Shown: piece after piece, positions 14,196 to 25,384 of the stretch | Position numbering within the stretch: position 1 is the stretch's first letter | Layout: each line of letters opens with the position of its first letter | Program-made: the position numbers and the translations under genes | Notes under the pieces: generated by a model | What the model was told of the DNA's origin: nothing | The model's input: the letters and a program-made list of their open reading frames with translations, nothing else | Database searches by the model: none | Source: Vicugna vicugna | Lineage: Eukaryota | DNA length: 64,000 nt | NCBI GenBank assembly: GCA_013265495.1 | Contig: MU058423.1 | Location: 2,061,061 to 2,125,060, forward strand | Reading direction: 5' to 3'

Positions 14196-15409
14196 GAAGT
14201 TGAGAGGGGCGTTCTGAGCTGGCACTACAAACATGGCTGTCACCAGCACCTGGAGGGTGTTAAAGGGAGTGGACGAGGTCATCTAGGAGAGTCTGGGGAA
14301 AGGAAGGGACACCCCCACCAGCCACCCTGTCTCTGCACACCAGGTATTGCTGATTTAGGAAGCAGGGACCCTAACTGAGCAAAAATCAAAGCCCTGCAGT
14401 GCCAGGGGACTCATGGAGCAAGCCCTAGAAGCCGGCAAACGTGGCGGGCGGGGGCCCCACAGAGCTGTGGGGGAAGGAGAAGCTTCCAGCTCCAAAAGCA
14501 GAGGGCCTCTGACCCCTCTGACCTGGAGCCGCGGCCCTCGTCCTGGCTGCCTCTCAGCCCATGATGCTGGGGTCAAGCCCAAATGAGTCCCCCAGGAGAC
14601 AGCAAGTCCCAGAGTCCCTGGCAGCCCTTGCCGGTCTCTTGAGCAACTCTTGCCACTGGGGCATGGGTGTGGTTACCACAGCCTCAGGTGACCTGGTGCC
14701 ATCTGTGGTGAGGGGACCAGGGTGGGCAAGCCCCAGGGCCTGGAGCTGGGAAATGAAGGCAGATGCTCACTGTGGTGATGCTGTCGGGCCTGCAGAGAGT
14801 GTAGGGGTGGGCGCAGGGTACAGGTCGTCAGCCAAGCCCAGAGCATCCACTCCGGACTGGACGTACCACAGAAGGCCGTCTCTGCCCTGGCTTATACCCA
14901 TGATTGGCTGGGAAGAGGCAGACAGGGAGTCTAGCAGGGAATTCCACCCTCAAGTTAAGGACTTTGAGGACAATCATGCTGGGAAAGGAGCTGATCTGAG
15001 TCCTGCTCAGAAGACCTGGGTTCTGGACCTGCCTCCACCACTAACAGCTGTGTGGCCCCATGTAAGTCAGGGCATCTTAGAACTGGAAGAGTTCTTCCAA
15101 TTCCACCTTCCACGCTGAGTAAAAATTCCTCCTAGAAACTTCCAGAACATGGTCATCTAGTGTCTCTCCGAACTTCCAGGATGGGACCTTCATTTGCCAC
15201 AGGATAACCCATTCCTATTTGCTAGTATTGTTGGGAAATAATCTTTTTCAAAAGGCCTGGAAAGACCCACCACCAGATGTTAGAGGTCACCTCCAGGAAG
15301 GACAGTGGGATTGAGGGAGGGTGACGGGGTCTCGCTGTTCATTTGGTTTGGGATGCTTTCAATATCACGTGTTAAATTTGTAATGGCAAGGAAAACAAGC
15401 AAAAAATCA

Positions 15410-15600
15410 GGTTCTTCTTGATTTGAACCCAATCTGCCTTCCTAATATTTCCACCTACTTGTCCCAGGTCTGCTCTCTGGGGAATAATCTAAACCCACTC
15501 CCCCACAGCCAATGCCCTTCAAATACCTGAAGGTGGGGATCAAGTTTCCACTGAGTCTTCTCCAGGCCGAGCTGCTCTTCACGTAATGTGGTTTCCAGAA
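15410..15600 (-). mobile_element. CR1/L3 LINE remnant
   Basis: Minus-strand peptide WRRLSGNLIPTFRYLKG resembles the CR1 ORF2 C-terminal motif RRLRGDLI..FKYLKG. Confidence 0.55.
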
Positions 15601-15929
15601 CAGTCGCCATCCCAGTCCCCCCACTTCTGAGCGTCAGAAAATAAAACTCAGTGGTTTGCAGACGGACGGAACCAATCACTCTTTGAGTCGGGCGTTACCT
15701 CGTGCTAATTAATTGATGAGGCCTGAGAAGACATCCTTCTCCCTTTTATGTGTGCGTGGGGGGCATGAGCAAATCACTCACTTCCTTAAACCTTGGTTTT
15801 CTTACCTATAAAAGGGAAAACAATACCTTTGCTATGAGAATCAATAGAAATTAAGGAAATGAAAAACATTAAAAAGCACAAATCTATACCCTAGGTGTGA
15901 TGACCTAGAAGCCCCATTCCATTTAGACA

Positions 15930-16470
15930 GCAGCTAAGTGTAGGGCTCATAGAGCCAAATGGCTTAGGTTCAAATCCCAGCTTTGCCACTTATTGGCTGT
16001 GTGACATTGGAGAAATGACCTGACATTGCTGTGCTGCAGTTTTCTCCTCTGAAACAAGGACTATGATTACACCAAGCTCATTTCTAGGAGCATCAGGTGT
16101 ACTGCTCAGCATTTAAAAAAGGTTAGCTGTTTGGTATTATCACCCCGACTCTTACTCCTTTACAAAGAGATAAGGGCTTCACCAAAATGAGGTGAATTCA
16201 TAGCACCTATTTGAAAGGTGAGGTCATTGGTCACTGCGGTGAGTTGCTCCCCTGGCCCTGACATTTGGGAGCAATGTTTTGTGCTAGGAACTGTGCTAAG
16301 GGTATCACAGGCCCTGCCTCACTGAATTCTCCCAACAGCTCCATGAGGTATATAGCATTATTACCCATATTTTATAGATGAGGAAATAGAGGTTCACACA
16401 GGTAACTGGCCCAAGGTCACACAACTAGGAAGTGATGGGGGCATGACTCCAGCTTGAATCTGTCCAACTC
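15930..16470. repeat. MIR pair; representative of many MIR copies (also near 1.1, 2.1, 8.4, 10.3-10.6, 17.3, 27.0, 30.0, 31.7, 32.4, 35.3, 36.6, 46.6, 47.5, 52.6, 58.1, 59.2 kb)
   Basis: MIR core motifs ggttcaaatcccagctttgccactta..ggctgtgtgac and ttatagatgaggaaatagagg...cccaaggtcacacaactaggaagtg. Confidence 0.75.
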
Positions 16471-18206
16471 CCAGAGTCAGACTCCATCACCACAGGGTCC
16501 TGATTTTAACCAGATCCCTAGTTTGGGCTCCATTCCAGCTTCGGGGACCAGAGGAAGCCAGAGCCTTTTCTCCCTTGACAGTGTCACCTGCTGTTTTGTT
16601 GGGGGGGGGCAGGGGAGGGGCAGTCTCTGCTTCTGTCACTGAACTCTGCCCTCCTACACATTGCCCCTCCCCCTTCAGGGGTCTGAGGGTGTCACCTGGG
16701 ATCCCCTCAGCTACAACTCCCTGGGTTCCCTCAGGCCCACCCTGGAGTTGGGTGCCCCTGGGCTGCTTGCTGGGTTCTCAGCCCCTGACCATGAAATGGT
16801 TCCACACTGATCTCCAAAAACAAAAACAAAAACAAAAAACCCTACACCATTTGGATGTGGGCCCTGATGCGTAATATCATTATGGAGCCAGCAGTACATC
16901 CCATCCCATTATTGCCTGGCCAAGCTTCTCCGAGGCAAGCCTGGCTGCAAATGGCTTTTTCTTGTCTGGGGGGGCCGCAGCCCCTACTTGCCCTCCACTG
17001 CAAGAGGAGAGATTTTTATCTTTAATTGACAACTGGCTGCCTGCCATCGCCTTGCTTCTGCTGGCCCCGGCTCCAAGCCCAATTTTCTCTTTGCTTCAGG
17101 AACAGGCTTTTCCTTGCTTCTTCCCTCCCCTCAGCCCTGCTGTCCTCACCCCCTGCTCCCTGATGCACTCTTGTCCTTTCCTGGTGTGACTGGACAAGGA
17201 AATCTGGAGAGAAAAGCTGAGAGCTACAGGAAACGGGTGAGGAGGGAGCTAACACTTTCTGTGTATCTACTGTACGCCCTATGTGAACATATGACACTGA
17301 GCCATACTCCCTGTCTCTCAGACAGGGTTATCATTATGCCCATTCTACAGACAGGGAAATTGAGGTTTGGCAAGTTGCCCCAAACTACCCAGCTAAGTGG
17401 CAGATCAAGGCTCTGAATTGAGGCCCCTCTGACTCTAAGTTTACACCTGGGGTATGAAGAGTAAGGAGGGCAAACATATGCCCAATGCAAAATGAAAATG
17501 GCCCCTTCTTTAATAATTATTAGTAACACCAAGATGGCAACAGCTGAGTACTGTCAGTTGTGGGCCCTTCTGAGCGACGGCACAAGTTCCTTACTGCTGA
17601 AACCAGCCCCGCTCAGGCTCCCGCAGGGGTGTGAGAGGGACAACAGCGAGGGTCCATGTCTGACCATCACTCACCACCACCCCCATCCTATCTAAGCTCA
17701 GGATGCCTTTACTCCCCATCCCTGAGTGGTCCTAGCTGTGCCACCAGTCCCCCATCAGCCTCAGTTTGTCAGCCATCCGCTCATCACAGATTCCGGCAGC
17801 CCCAGGGCCTCAGCCCACATAGAACTGGTGCAACTTCAGGGAGGAGGGTAGGCTCCCTGCAAAACAGCAGGAACACCGCGGAACTCCCTACATGAACGAA
17901 TCTCTCCTTTTATGTCCGTTAGGGCGGGGGCCAGCGGCAGCAATGGAGACCAGAGGGCTGCCTGGGAGCCCAGAGGCCAGGTCAGTCCTCTTGGCGTGGG
18001 CTTGGGCAGAGCACTTTTCCCCTCCAAGCATTTGTGTCTGGCTCTAAGCGCAGGGGCTGGTCTGCATTGGTGGGGGCAGGGTTAAGAGAGGAATGTGTTG
18101 CATTTCTTCGGTGTTGGGGGAAGCCTGGGGAGGTCCCCACAGACCCAGAAAGGAGAGGCGAAGGCAGTCATTCACACAGCGGGCACAGCAGGACGCTCCA
18201 GATGTC

Positions 18207-18212
18207 TTTATT
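18207..18212 (-). terminator. KCNC4: KCNC4 polyadenylation signal AATAAA (3' UTR about 18190-19260)
   Basis: tttatt on + strand; followed in the sense direction by GT/T-rich sequence (ctgtgcccgctgtgtgaatg...tcctttctgggtctgtgg). Confidence 0.7.
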
Positions 18213-19260
18213 GGGGCTTGAGCACAGCATGACAGTTGAAGGCATGAGGACAGGGCTGCAGGGCGCAGCCTAGGCATGCCTCAGACACACAAGGGGACGG
18301 CTTTAGAAAAGGACAACCAACACCAGGGAGGGGCAGGATGGGCCGGGAGTGGGGAGGGAGGGCCGAGGCAGGGGCAGAGGCCAAGGTAGAAGGGGGCACC
18401 TGGCCTCTGCTATTGCACGCATCCTCTGGCCACCGGCCAGGAAGTACAGTATTGCAACTGGTCTCCGCTCACCCACGGCTTCCCCTTCTCAGACCCCTGA
18501 GCCAGATGGGCAGACAGACCCCTTCCCTGCCCGTCCGCCCAACAGCATCCTTGGAAACAAACGGACGAAGGAGACAGAACAGAAAACCAGGGAAATAAAA
18601 AAAAGACAACCCCCCACTCAGTCAAGGACACGGGGAAGGTGGAGGAAGGAGTAGAAGCAGCTGCAGAAGAGCCCCAGGAAGTCCCCCGACAACTGGGGCA
18701 TGGGGTGGGAGGTAGAGCCCCAATCTGGGGTGGGGCGGGGCTAGTGGAGCAGTGACCCTGGGTAGGGGGTGGTGATCTGGCCTCCCCTAGGCTACCAGAC
18801 CACCGGGAAACGCTCCCAAGAGGGAGAGGCTAGCCTGGGACCACCCGGCTGGCCCGGCAGTACCAGGTGCACTTTTCCTGGGACGTTCCACACACACATT
18901 CAGCAGAAACAAGGAATCAGTGAAGGGGGAGGAAGGAGGCATGAGGTGGGGCCAGGGCTTAGGGAGACAAAGCCTAACAAAGACAGACCACCAAGAGCAC
19001 GTGCACTACACACAAGAGTATAGTATGTATGAATATAGATACTATATGTGCATATATATCTCTTCAATGTACAACAGAACAGAACATCAGACCCGATGGC
19101 TCTGGGCCCCAGGGGTCACATGGGAGGTTTTCCATCAGTCCTGTGCAAACAAGGATATCTGAGTCTTTCCCAGCGAAAGATTCTTGCCTGGCTTCCAGAG
19201 TTGCCCTAAGCCTCTGGCTTTCTGTCTGTCTGTCTGTCTCTCTCTCACGTTGGTGCCGCT

Positions 19261-19322
19261 TTAAGAGAGGGTGAGGACTTCAGCCTGGGCATAGTTGGAC
19301 GAGAGGGCGTCTTGGCAGGTCT
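19261..19322 (-). CDS. KCNC4: KCNC4 terminal exon, downstream acceptor: ETCQDALSSNYAQAEVLTLS* (626-aa isoform)
   Basis: Acceptor aaacacAG|AGACC, phase 1; 678+937+204+62 = 1881 nt = 626 aa + stop; matches the Kv3.4 C-terminus I recall and resembles Kv3.1b/Kv3.2a tails. Confidence 0.9.
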
Positions 19323-19328
19323 CTGTGT

Positions 19329-19384
19329 TTAAAGAGCACAGGTGTGAGACACTGGGACGCACACTTTCGGCTCAACATTGCCTT
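19329..19384 (-). CDS. KCNC4: KCNC4 terminal exon, upstream acceptor: EGNVEPKVCVPVSHTCAL* (624-aa isoform)
   Basis: Long AG-free pyrimidine tract then cctgAG|AAGGCAATG, phase 1; peptide matches the rodent Kv3.4 ending as recalled. Confidence 0.8.
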
Positions 19385-19927
19385 CTCAGGGGTGGGGCGG
19401 GGTAAGGAGTTCAGCAAAAGAAAGGGAGAAACAAAGAATGAGATGTTAGAAGGAAGGCAGCTGCTGACCCACAGGCTGTGGGCTAAGGAACAGGCCAGGA
19501 GCAGAGCTGGAAGGCCTGGAGCCCAGGGCTAAGAGGCCAGGAAGAGCGGGGATAGGAAGGGAAGGGGTGAGCCCTTCACCACCCCTCTGCTGACCCAGTG
19601 CTGGGCCGAAGTGACTCATTGGTGACGTTACAGCTTATCTCCAGGCCGGTTCACGTAATGAGCTCCAGGAACCATGAACCCTCAGGTCCTCAAAGCTGCA
19701 GTGCAGTGGGGAGAGGGACTGCAGCCCTGCCGCCTGGCACGGAGGCAGTGGGGGAAGTTCCTGGCGGGGCTCAGCCCACAGGCCATCGCCTGGGCTGCTG
19801 CCTGCCCAGCTTGTGCTCCCCCTGACATAGCCCCATCTGCCATCACCACCTGGGGCTAGACCATTGTCCCAGGGGGCTGGGAGAAAGGCTCCTGAGTGTG
19901 CTGCCATGTTATGCCCTGCCCCCTTCC

Positions 19928-20001
19928 TCAATCTGGCAGGAACAGAGTCCCAGCAGCTGGAGGCTGAAGGCTGAAGGGGGTCAGGGAGGACAAACGTGCT
20001 C
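19928..20001 (-). other. KCNC4: Degenerate homologue of the human KCNC4 635-aa isoform exon
   Basis: TFVLPDPLQ and PPAAGTLFLPD* are present but in different frames; acceptor region is ctcctGAGAGGAG. Confidence 0.55.
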
Positions 20002-22624
20002 CTCTCAGGAGAGAAGGCCAGGAACCCAACCCCTCAGTGAGCCCTTCTGAGCATCTCCTCCTCAGCCTGGGACGGCAGTGGCCTGAGCCTTCCCTTCCCC
20101 TCCTTCCCAGTTGGGGACAGGTAGGGCAGGCACTGTGGAGGCTGATACTCTGGCCAGGACAGAGGAGGCCCTCCTCTCCCAGGAAGGGTGGCCCTGGGCT
20201 CCTGGGCTGTTATGCAGCCTCCCCTCTGACTCCCATGCAGCCCGGGCTCCAGGCTGAACAGGCACCTTCCCCAGTCACCCTTCTCGGAAGCCCTGGGGGG
20301 CTGAGAAGTGGTCTCTAGGTTGTCAGCAGCCCTGGTACACGCTGGAGGGGTAACAACTCCTACCTGGGCCGCTTTCTGCTTCACAGGGAAGGGCTGGACC
20401 CCAGCTGTGAGGGAAAGGCTTTTAGAAGCCAACGTAATGGGTACAGGTCCACGCCCAGATGCAAGGTAAAGCAAACTGTGCTCTCAGATTGTGGGTGGGA
20501 GGAGAGCCTTCTCCCGAGGAGGGAGGCCCAAGGCCTGGGCAAGCCTGAGGCCCGTGCAGGCAGCCGCCTCCCCCGGCAGGGCCTGGTGCGCAGTGTGGCT
20601 CGGGACACTCCAGGACTCGCTCTGCCTTTTCCCAGGGCCCTGAGCGGGAGCTGGGGCAGGCAGCCTGCTCAGCTCTTCCATCAGCGTGGTCCTGTGTCAA
20701 CCCTACAGAAGCCAGAGAGCTAGGAGGGGCATGTGGGAACCCACTTCCCAAGGCACTCCTGCCACATGTCGCCCAGGGACATCTGTGCCCACCGTGGGGG
20801 TGCCGTGAGCATGCCCATTCCTGTGGGAGGAAGAGAGGGAAGGAGGCGGTGGGTGCCGTGGAAACTTGGGCTCCTGACAACTTGAGGGCTGCCACAGAAA
20901 TAGCCGCCTCGGTTCCCTGAACCAGAAAGGCACGTCAGGGGAGAAAACAGCTAAACCGGTCACCTAGCTCATCATGTCCACGTCAGAGCCAGGGAGGCCA
21001 GCGGGGGCAGGAGGAGAAGCTGGGCCCTCAGACTGGGCTGAGGGGGGAGGAGGTCCCCTGCTCTCCATCTGCCCCACAGAGCTTCCCTTTCCCTGTGTCC
21101 CCTCCTGAGGGGCAGTGGCACAGATGTCCCTGTCTCTTCGCAGCTCTCAGGGGGACACTTCATTCTGAGAGCAAGCTAGAAGCAGGCCCCACAGACCACA
21201 GCAAGGCTGGGGTAGCCTAGCACCCACCTTGAACAGACTTTTCTGGAAGGGCCATTCCTGTGTCTGCCCAAGGCTGAAGGAGGCACTGCAATGAGGAGGC
21301 TCCTGGAATAGGCTTTTCACAGCCCCCAACCCATGAAATCATCTGACTTCTCTACCCAGTTCACACATGAGGGTGGCCTCCAGAGTCTCCATCCTCCTGC
21401 CGAGTCCCGGAATGTTGTCTGGCCTTACCTATCTTTGCCCATCCTGGAAGGAGCAGATATGGACCTTACTTAGTCATTCCCTCAACAAAGTTGCATAATC
21501 TGACTCTAAAAATTGCCAGGCACACGGCTTTGCTGTCAGGTCTAATTCCCATCAGGTGAAACAGGAAATGTCTTGGCTGGAGTGTTCCGAGTTTCTGGGG
21601 CTGAGGAGGTCCTGGAGAGCCTGGTTGGTGCGATGGGGAGGGCCCCCCGACCTCCCCCAGGCTGGGCCCGCCCTGGGCGTGGCAGGGGACTGGTGCAGGA
21701 GGAGGTGCGGGCAGGATGGCTTCTGTCCCCACACTTCCCCTCAGCTGCCCCTGCTCAGGGTGCACCCCTGCTCACTCAATGACTCACAAACCTGTTGTGC
21801 TCCCAGGCTCGTTAGGTAAATGAATACACTTAATTATAGAAATTAGATGAGTCTCCGGTTCTGGCAGCGATACTGAGCGCAGAGGCTGGGTGGGAGCGGC
21901 AGGTGACTCAGAGGCAGGGCTGGGAGTTGGAAGGAGCGGGAGAGGAAGAACTGTCGGGGAAGCAGAGGAAGCAGCGTGGTGAGCGATGCTGCAGCTCAGG
22001 GTGCAGATGGGCTGCCGGGCTCCGCTGCTGGGTACCACTCCAAAAGGAGGGCATTCCCGAGCCTAGGCAGTCAATCCTGGGGCTCTGACTCTAGCAACCC
22101 CCACCTGCGCCCCACACCAGGGCTGGAGAACACGAGGTGGCACTGCTCCCCTGAGGAGTCAAGCCCCTACACTCCAGCAGAGATGCCCCAGGGGACAGCC
22201 TTATCCCTCACGGGTCTGGGTGTGGGATGGAAAGACAGACAGACAGACAGAGATATTCAGTGACGGGCTGTTTGGTTACTGGCTGAAGGCCCCGAGGAGT
22301 GGAAATGCATTTGCTGTCATTAAGGTGGGACCCCGAGGGGGAGGCAGGGCTCAGAGACACAGTCCTGTGGATGATGGCACCTTCGGCTCAGGATGGGAGC
22401 GAGTCGGGTAGAAGACCTGGGAGTAGACTCCAGAGCTGAACATTCTGGGGATCTGGGTGCTGTGGAGGAGGGGCTTGGGGGCCTGAATGCTCCTGCATCC
22501 TCCTCAGGTCCACGGGCCCCAAGTCTGTGGGTAGTGCTGGGCCCAGCAGGAAAGAGAAGTGGAAGCGTGTGCGTGTGCCTGTTTGTGCGCATGCGCCCGG
22601 AAGCGGGGCAAGCCGCGGGTGCAA

Positions 22625-22794
22625 CTACTGGGCTGAGTGGCCGGGGGGTGGACTAGGGAGCGGGTGGAAGGGGTGGGAGAGCAGGAGCTTTCTTGGAGGA
22701 TAGGGTGAACTGTATCGCGATGCCAGTGGAGACAGCCCCAGACTGGTTCCAGCCGCTCCTGCTATGTTGTTTAGACTCCGGGACTTTCCACAGC
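22625..22794 (-). CDS. KCNC4: Candidate KCNC4 alternative exon in intron 3, Kv3.2b-type C-terminus [36 protein letters not shown]...HSAQ*
   Basis: Acceptor ttttcttcaccaAG|GC, phase-compatible with exon 3; [10 protein letters not shown] is identical to the KCNC2 (Kv3.2b) tail motif as recalled. Confidence 0.65.
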
Positions 22795-25180
22795 CTTGGT
22801 GAAGAAAAGGCACATGGGTCAGAGGGGCGCAGCTCCTTGTCCGAGACGCTCCATGGGATCCATGTTCTGGGAACCCTGCAGGGCGAGCAGCCCCAGGGCT
22901 GGGTGCAGGGGGGTGGTCCACCTGGGAGAGGCTCCCTCATTCTCTCTGGTCTCTGGATGGACCCTAGGGGCCCCAGACCCAGCTGACCTTTGCCCTGTCA
23001 TTGTCCCCAGGTAAGTTTCCCTCCAGATGCATGAAGACCCCACATCCCTCCACACCCTCCTTTCTCAACCCGAAGAAGCTCTCATTGGCACCCACCACTT
23101 TCTTCCTGAGGGGTCAAGAGGTCACACTCTGTCACATGGACAGCTACAGGCTAATGATGGCATCTGTGCCAGTGGCCAGAGGAGGCCCGGGCCCACTCAC
23201 TCCTGGTCCTGGATATAGCCTGAGTGCAGAGAAGTACAGCATGGTCTAGTACGGGGAAAGGTGCCGAGTGAGTGCTGGGAGTTTGGCGATGATAATTGCC
23301 ACGCTTGCTTAGCAGGGTCTGTTTCCCAGCAACCCACCTGTTCCCTCTCGAAGGTCACTCTAATTGGCTGAGCTACATGCTTGTTGCCAAGAAGCAGTGT
23401 GGAGGCATCTTGAAAATAGAGCAGCTGGGCCCCACAAGCACCCAGAGGGATACGCTGGTGGGATACAGGCTCCTGGGCCCCACACACGCAGCCCCTTCCC
23501 TAGGTGTGACCTGCTCCCCAGGACCTCATGGTCCCTCCTCTGACTTGTACCTTCCCAGTCTCCTCCACGCTGCTACTTCCACTGAGCCCATCACTGTGCT
23601 GGATGAAAACAGGGGTGCTCAACACTCAGTTCTTTGTGCTCAAGTCCTACATGGCAGGTGGGGTCCACTCCACCCAACCTTCTACACCATCCACTTAGCA
23701 TGCTCCAGCCAGAGCAAGGCTCCAGGTATGCACCAGGACACAGCTGAAGCCACAGCATGTTTGGGGTCAGAGGCAGGAGGGACAGACACACCCAGAGCCC
23801 AAGAATTGGGCTGCACAGAGCCAGGGGTGACCAGAAGAACACAGGACAGTGTGTAAGTGGTCTGAACACTGTCCATCTGCAGCACTTTAGCTGGTCGAAA
23901 CCAGCCATCTCCAGGTTCCAGATTGTTGCTCCTGCTTCTGCCACCCATAGGAGACACACCTGGCAAAGCTGGACACATACCCCTCAGGGCTTGGTAAGGG
24001 TTCCCTGAGGATCCCCTGAGGACAGTGGCACTGAGCAGGCTAGGGAAAGGGCCTGGGAGGGTGTCCCTGGAGGCTGCCTGGGCTGGGCAGGATCCTTGGG
24101 GGAACAGAGGCATCACAAGCTATTCCCACAGCAGCCACTGTCCCTGCCTCACTCAACCTGGGTTGGGTCTGGGGTTGGGAGACAGTGGGAAGTTGTCGGG
24201 GGGTGGGTGGACTGAAAGAAGGCTTGTTAAGAAGTGGCCTGTGAACCCAGGGAAGAGCTTTTTTGCAGGGAGAGTTGGAGTTTATCCAGACAATAGGCAG
24301 GTTGTTTATAGAGAGCTTATGTCACAGAGAGAGGACAAGAAAGATAAGGAAGTGGTCAGGAGCTGGGCAGAAGGTGCATCTGGTCTTGAGACCCCTGGGT
24401 CTCAGCCAAGCACTGGCCCTCAACCATCTCTGATCATTTCAGTCCTACTTTTTCAGGCTGGGAATCAATAACTCCACTGCCCAACTTCGACATGGGGCCT
24501 GCTGATGGAATTTCAGCCTTCCCTTAAACTCTCCAAATCCTTCAGAACACACCTCAGAGGAAACCCACTCTCCTTGCCCACCACCACCAACCTGGCACCT
24601 TCTGGATCTCTCTGGAGTGGCCAGTCATATCTCAGGGGCTTGCAGAGCTGGGTCAGCCCCTTCTGGGCTCTCAGTGCAGGATGGAGGAGGTGGGGCCTGT
24701 GCCAAGCTCTCTGAAGACCTCACACCAGCATCGCATTCTTATCCTGACTCCTGAGTGGTGTCAGCATCTCCCGGGACTACTTACTCGGGGGAAGCCTGAG
24801 CTGTGCTTAAGGAAGGCCGAGGGGAAGGCTGGCAATGACCCTATGGAGCCAGGCCTGAAGGTCACAGCAGGAACCAGAGAAAGAGGAGGTGATAAAATGG
24901 AGGGAGGTGGGCAGGAGCCCAGATCTGGGGTCCCATTGCCCTCCAGCACTTGTCTTCCCTGTGAGCACCTGGACAGGGGTCCTCTGTGCACTTTCTGGGG
25001 ATGCCACAGGCCTTTCTAATCCAAGGACTGGAATATCATCCTAAAAGCGGGCGTGCATCCAAGGCAGAGGAGATGGTGGCCATGGCCTCAGAGGAGGAGG
25101 GGACCTCAAGCTCTGTGGGGGACACGGGGGAGACTCAGCTCCATGGGGGCTGTCCCCCTGCCCAGCCTGGGGAGCCATAC

Positions 25181-25384
25181 CTTTCCGGACACTACCATCG
25201 GCACAGGCATAGTCCCCAGCGCTGAGCAGGAAGCAGGCAGCTGCCTTCTTGTTTCTGTCTCGGGTGCCAGAGCGTCGCAGGGCCCGGCGCTCCTCGGGGG
25301 TGGGGGCAGAGGCCAGGGGCTGGGTGAGGCCGGCTCCCTCCTCATCTGACAGCACCGCGTTGGCATCGCCGTTCTGCTTGGAGT
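25181..25384 (-). CDS. KCNC4: KCNC4 coding exon 3 (204 nt)
   Basis: Acceptor ctctttAG|ACTCC; DSKQNGDANAVLSDEEGAG...ACFLLSAGDYACADGSVRK; donor AAAG|GTATGG at 25180, phase 1 in and out. Confidence 0.96.

Noticed and set aside
1..18100. Search for a hidden gene or distal KCNC4 coding exon
   Set aside because: No ORF with recognisable homology or consistent splice structure; mostly MIR, L2, L1, CR1 and hAT remnants. Non-coding exons cannot be excluded
22129..22145. CTCF-like motif ACACGAGGTGGCAC in KCNC4 intron 3
   Set aside because: Imperfect single match; cannot be supported without ChIP or a scored scan
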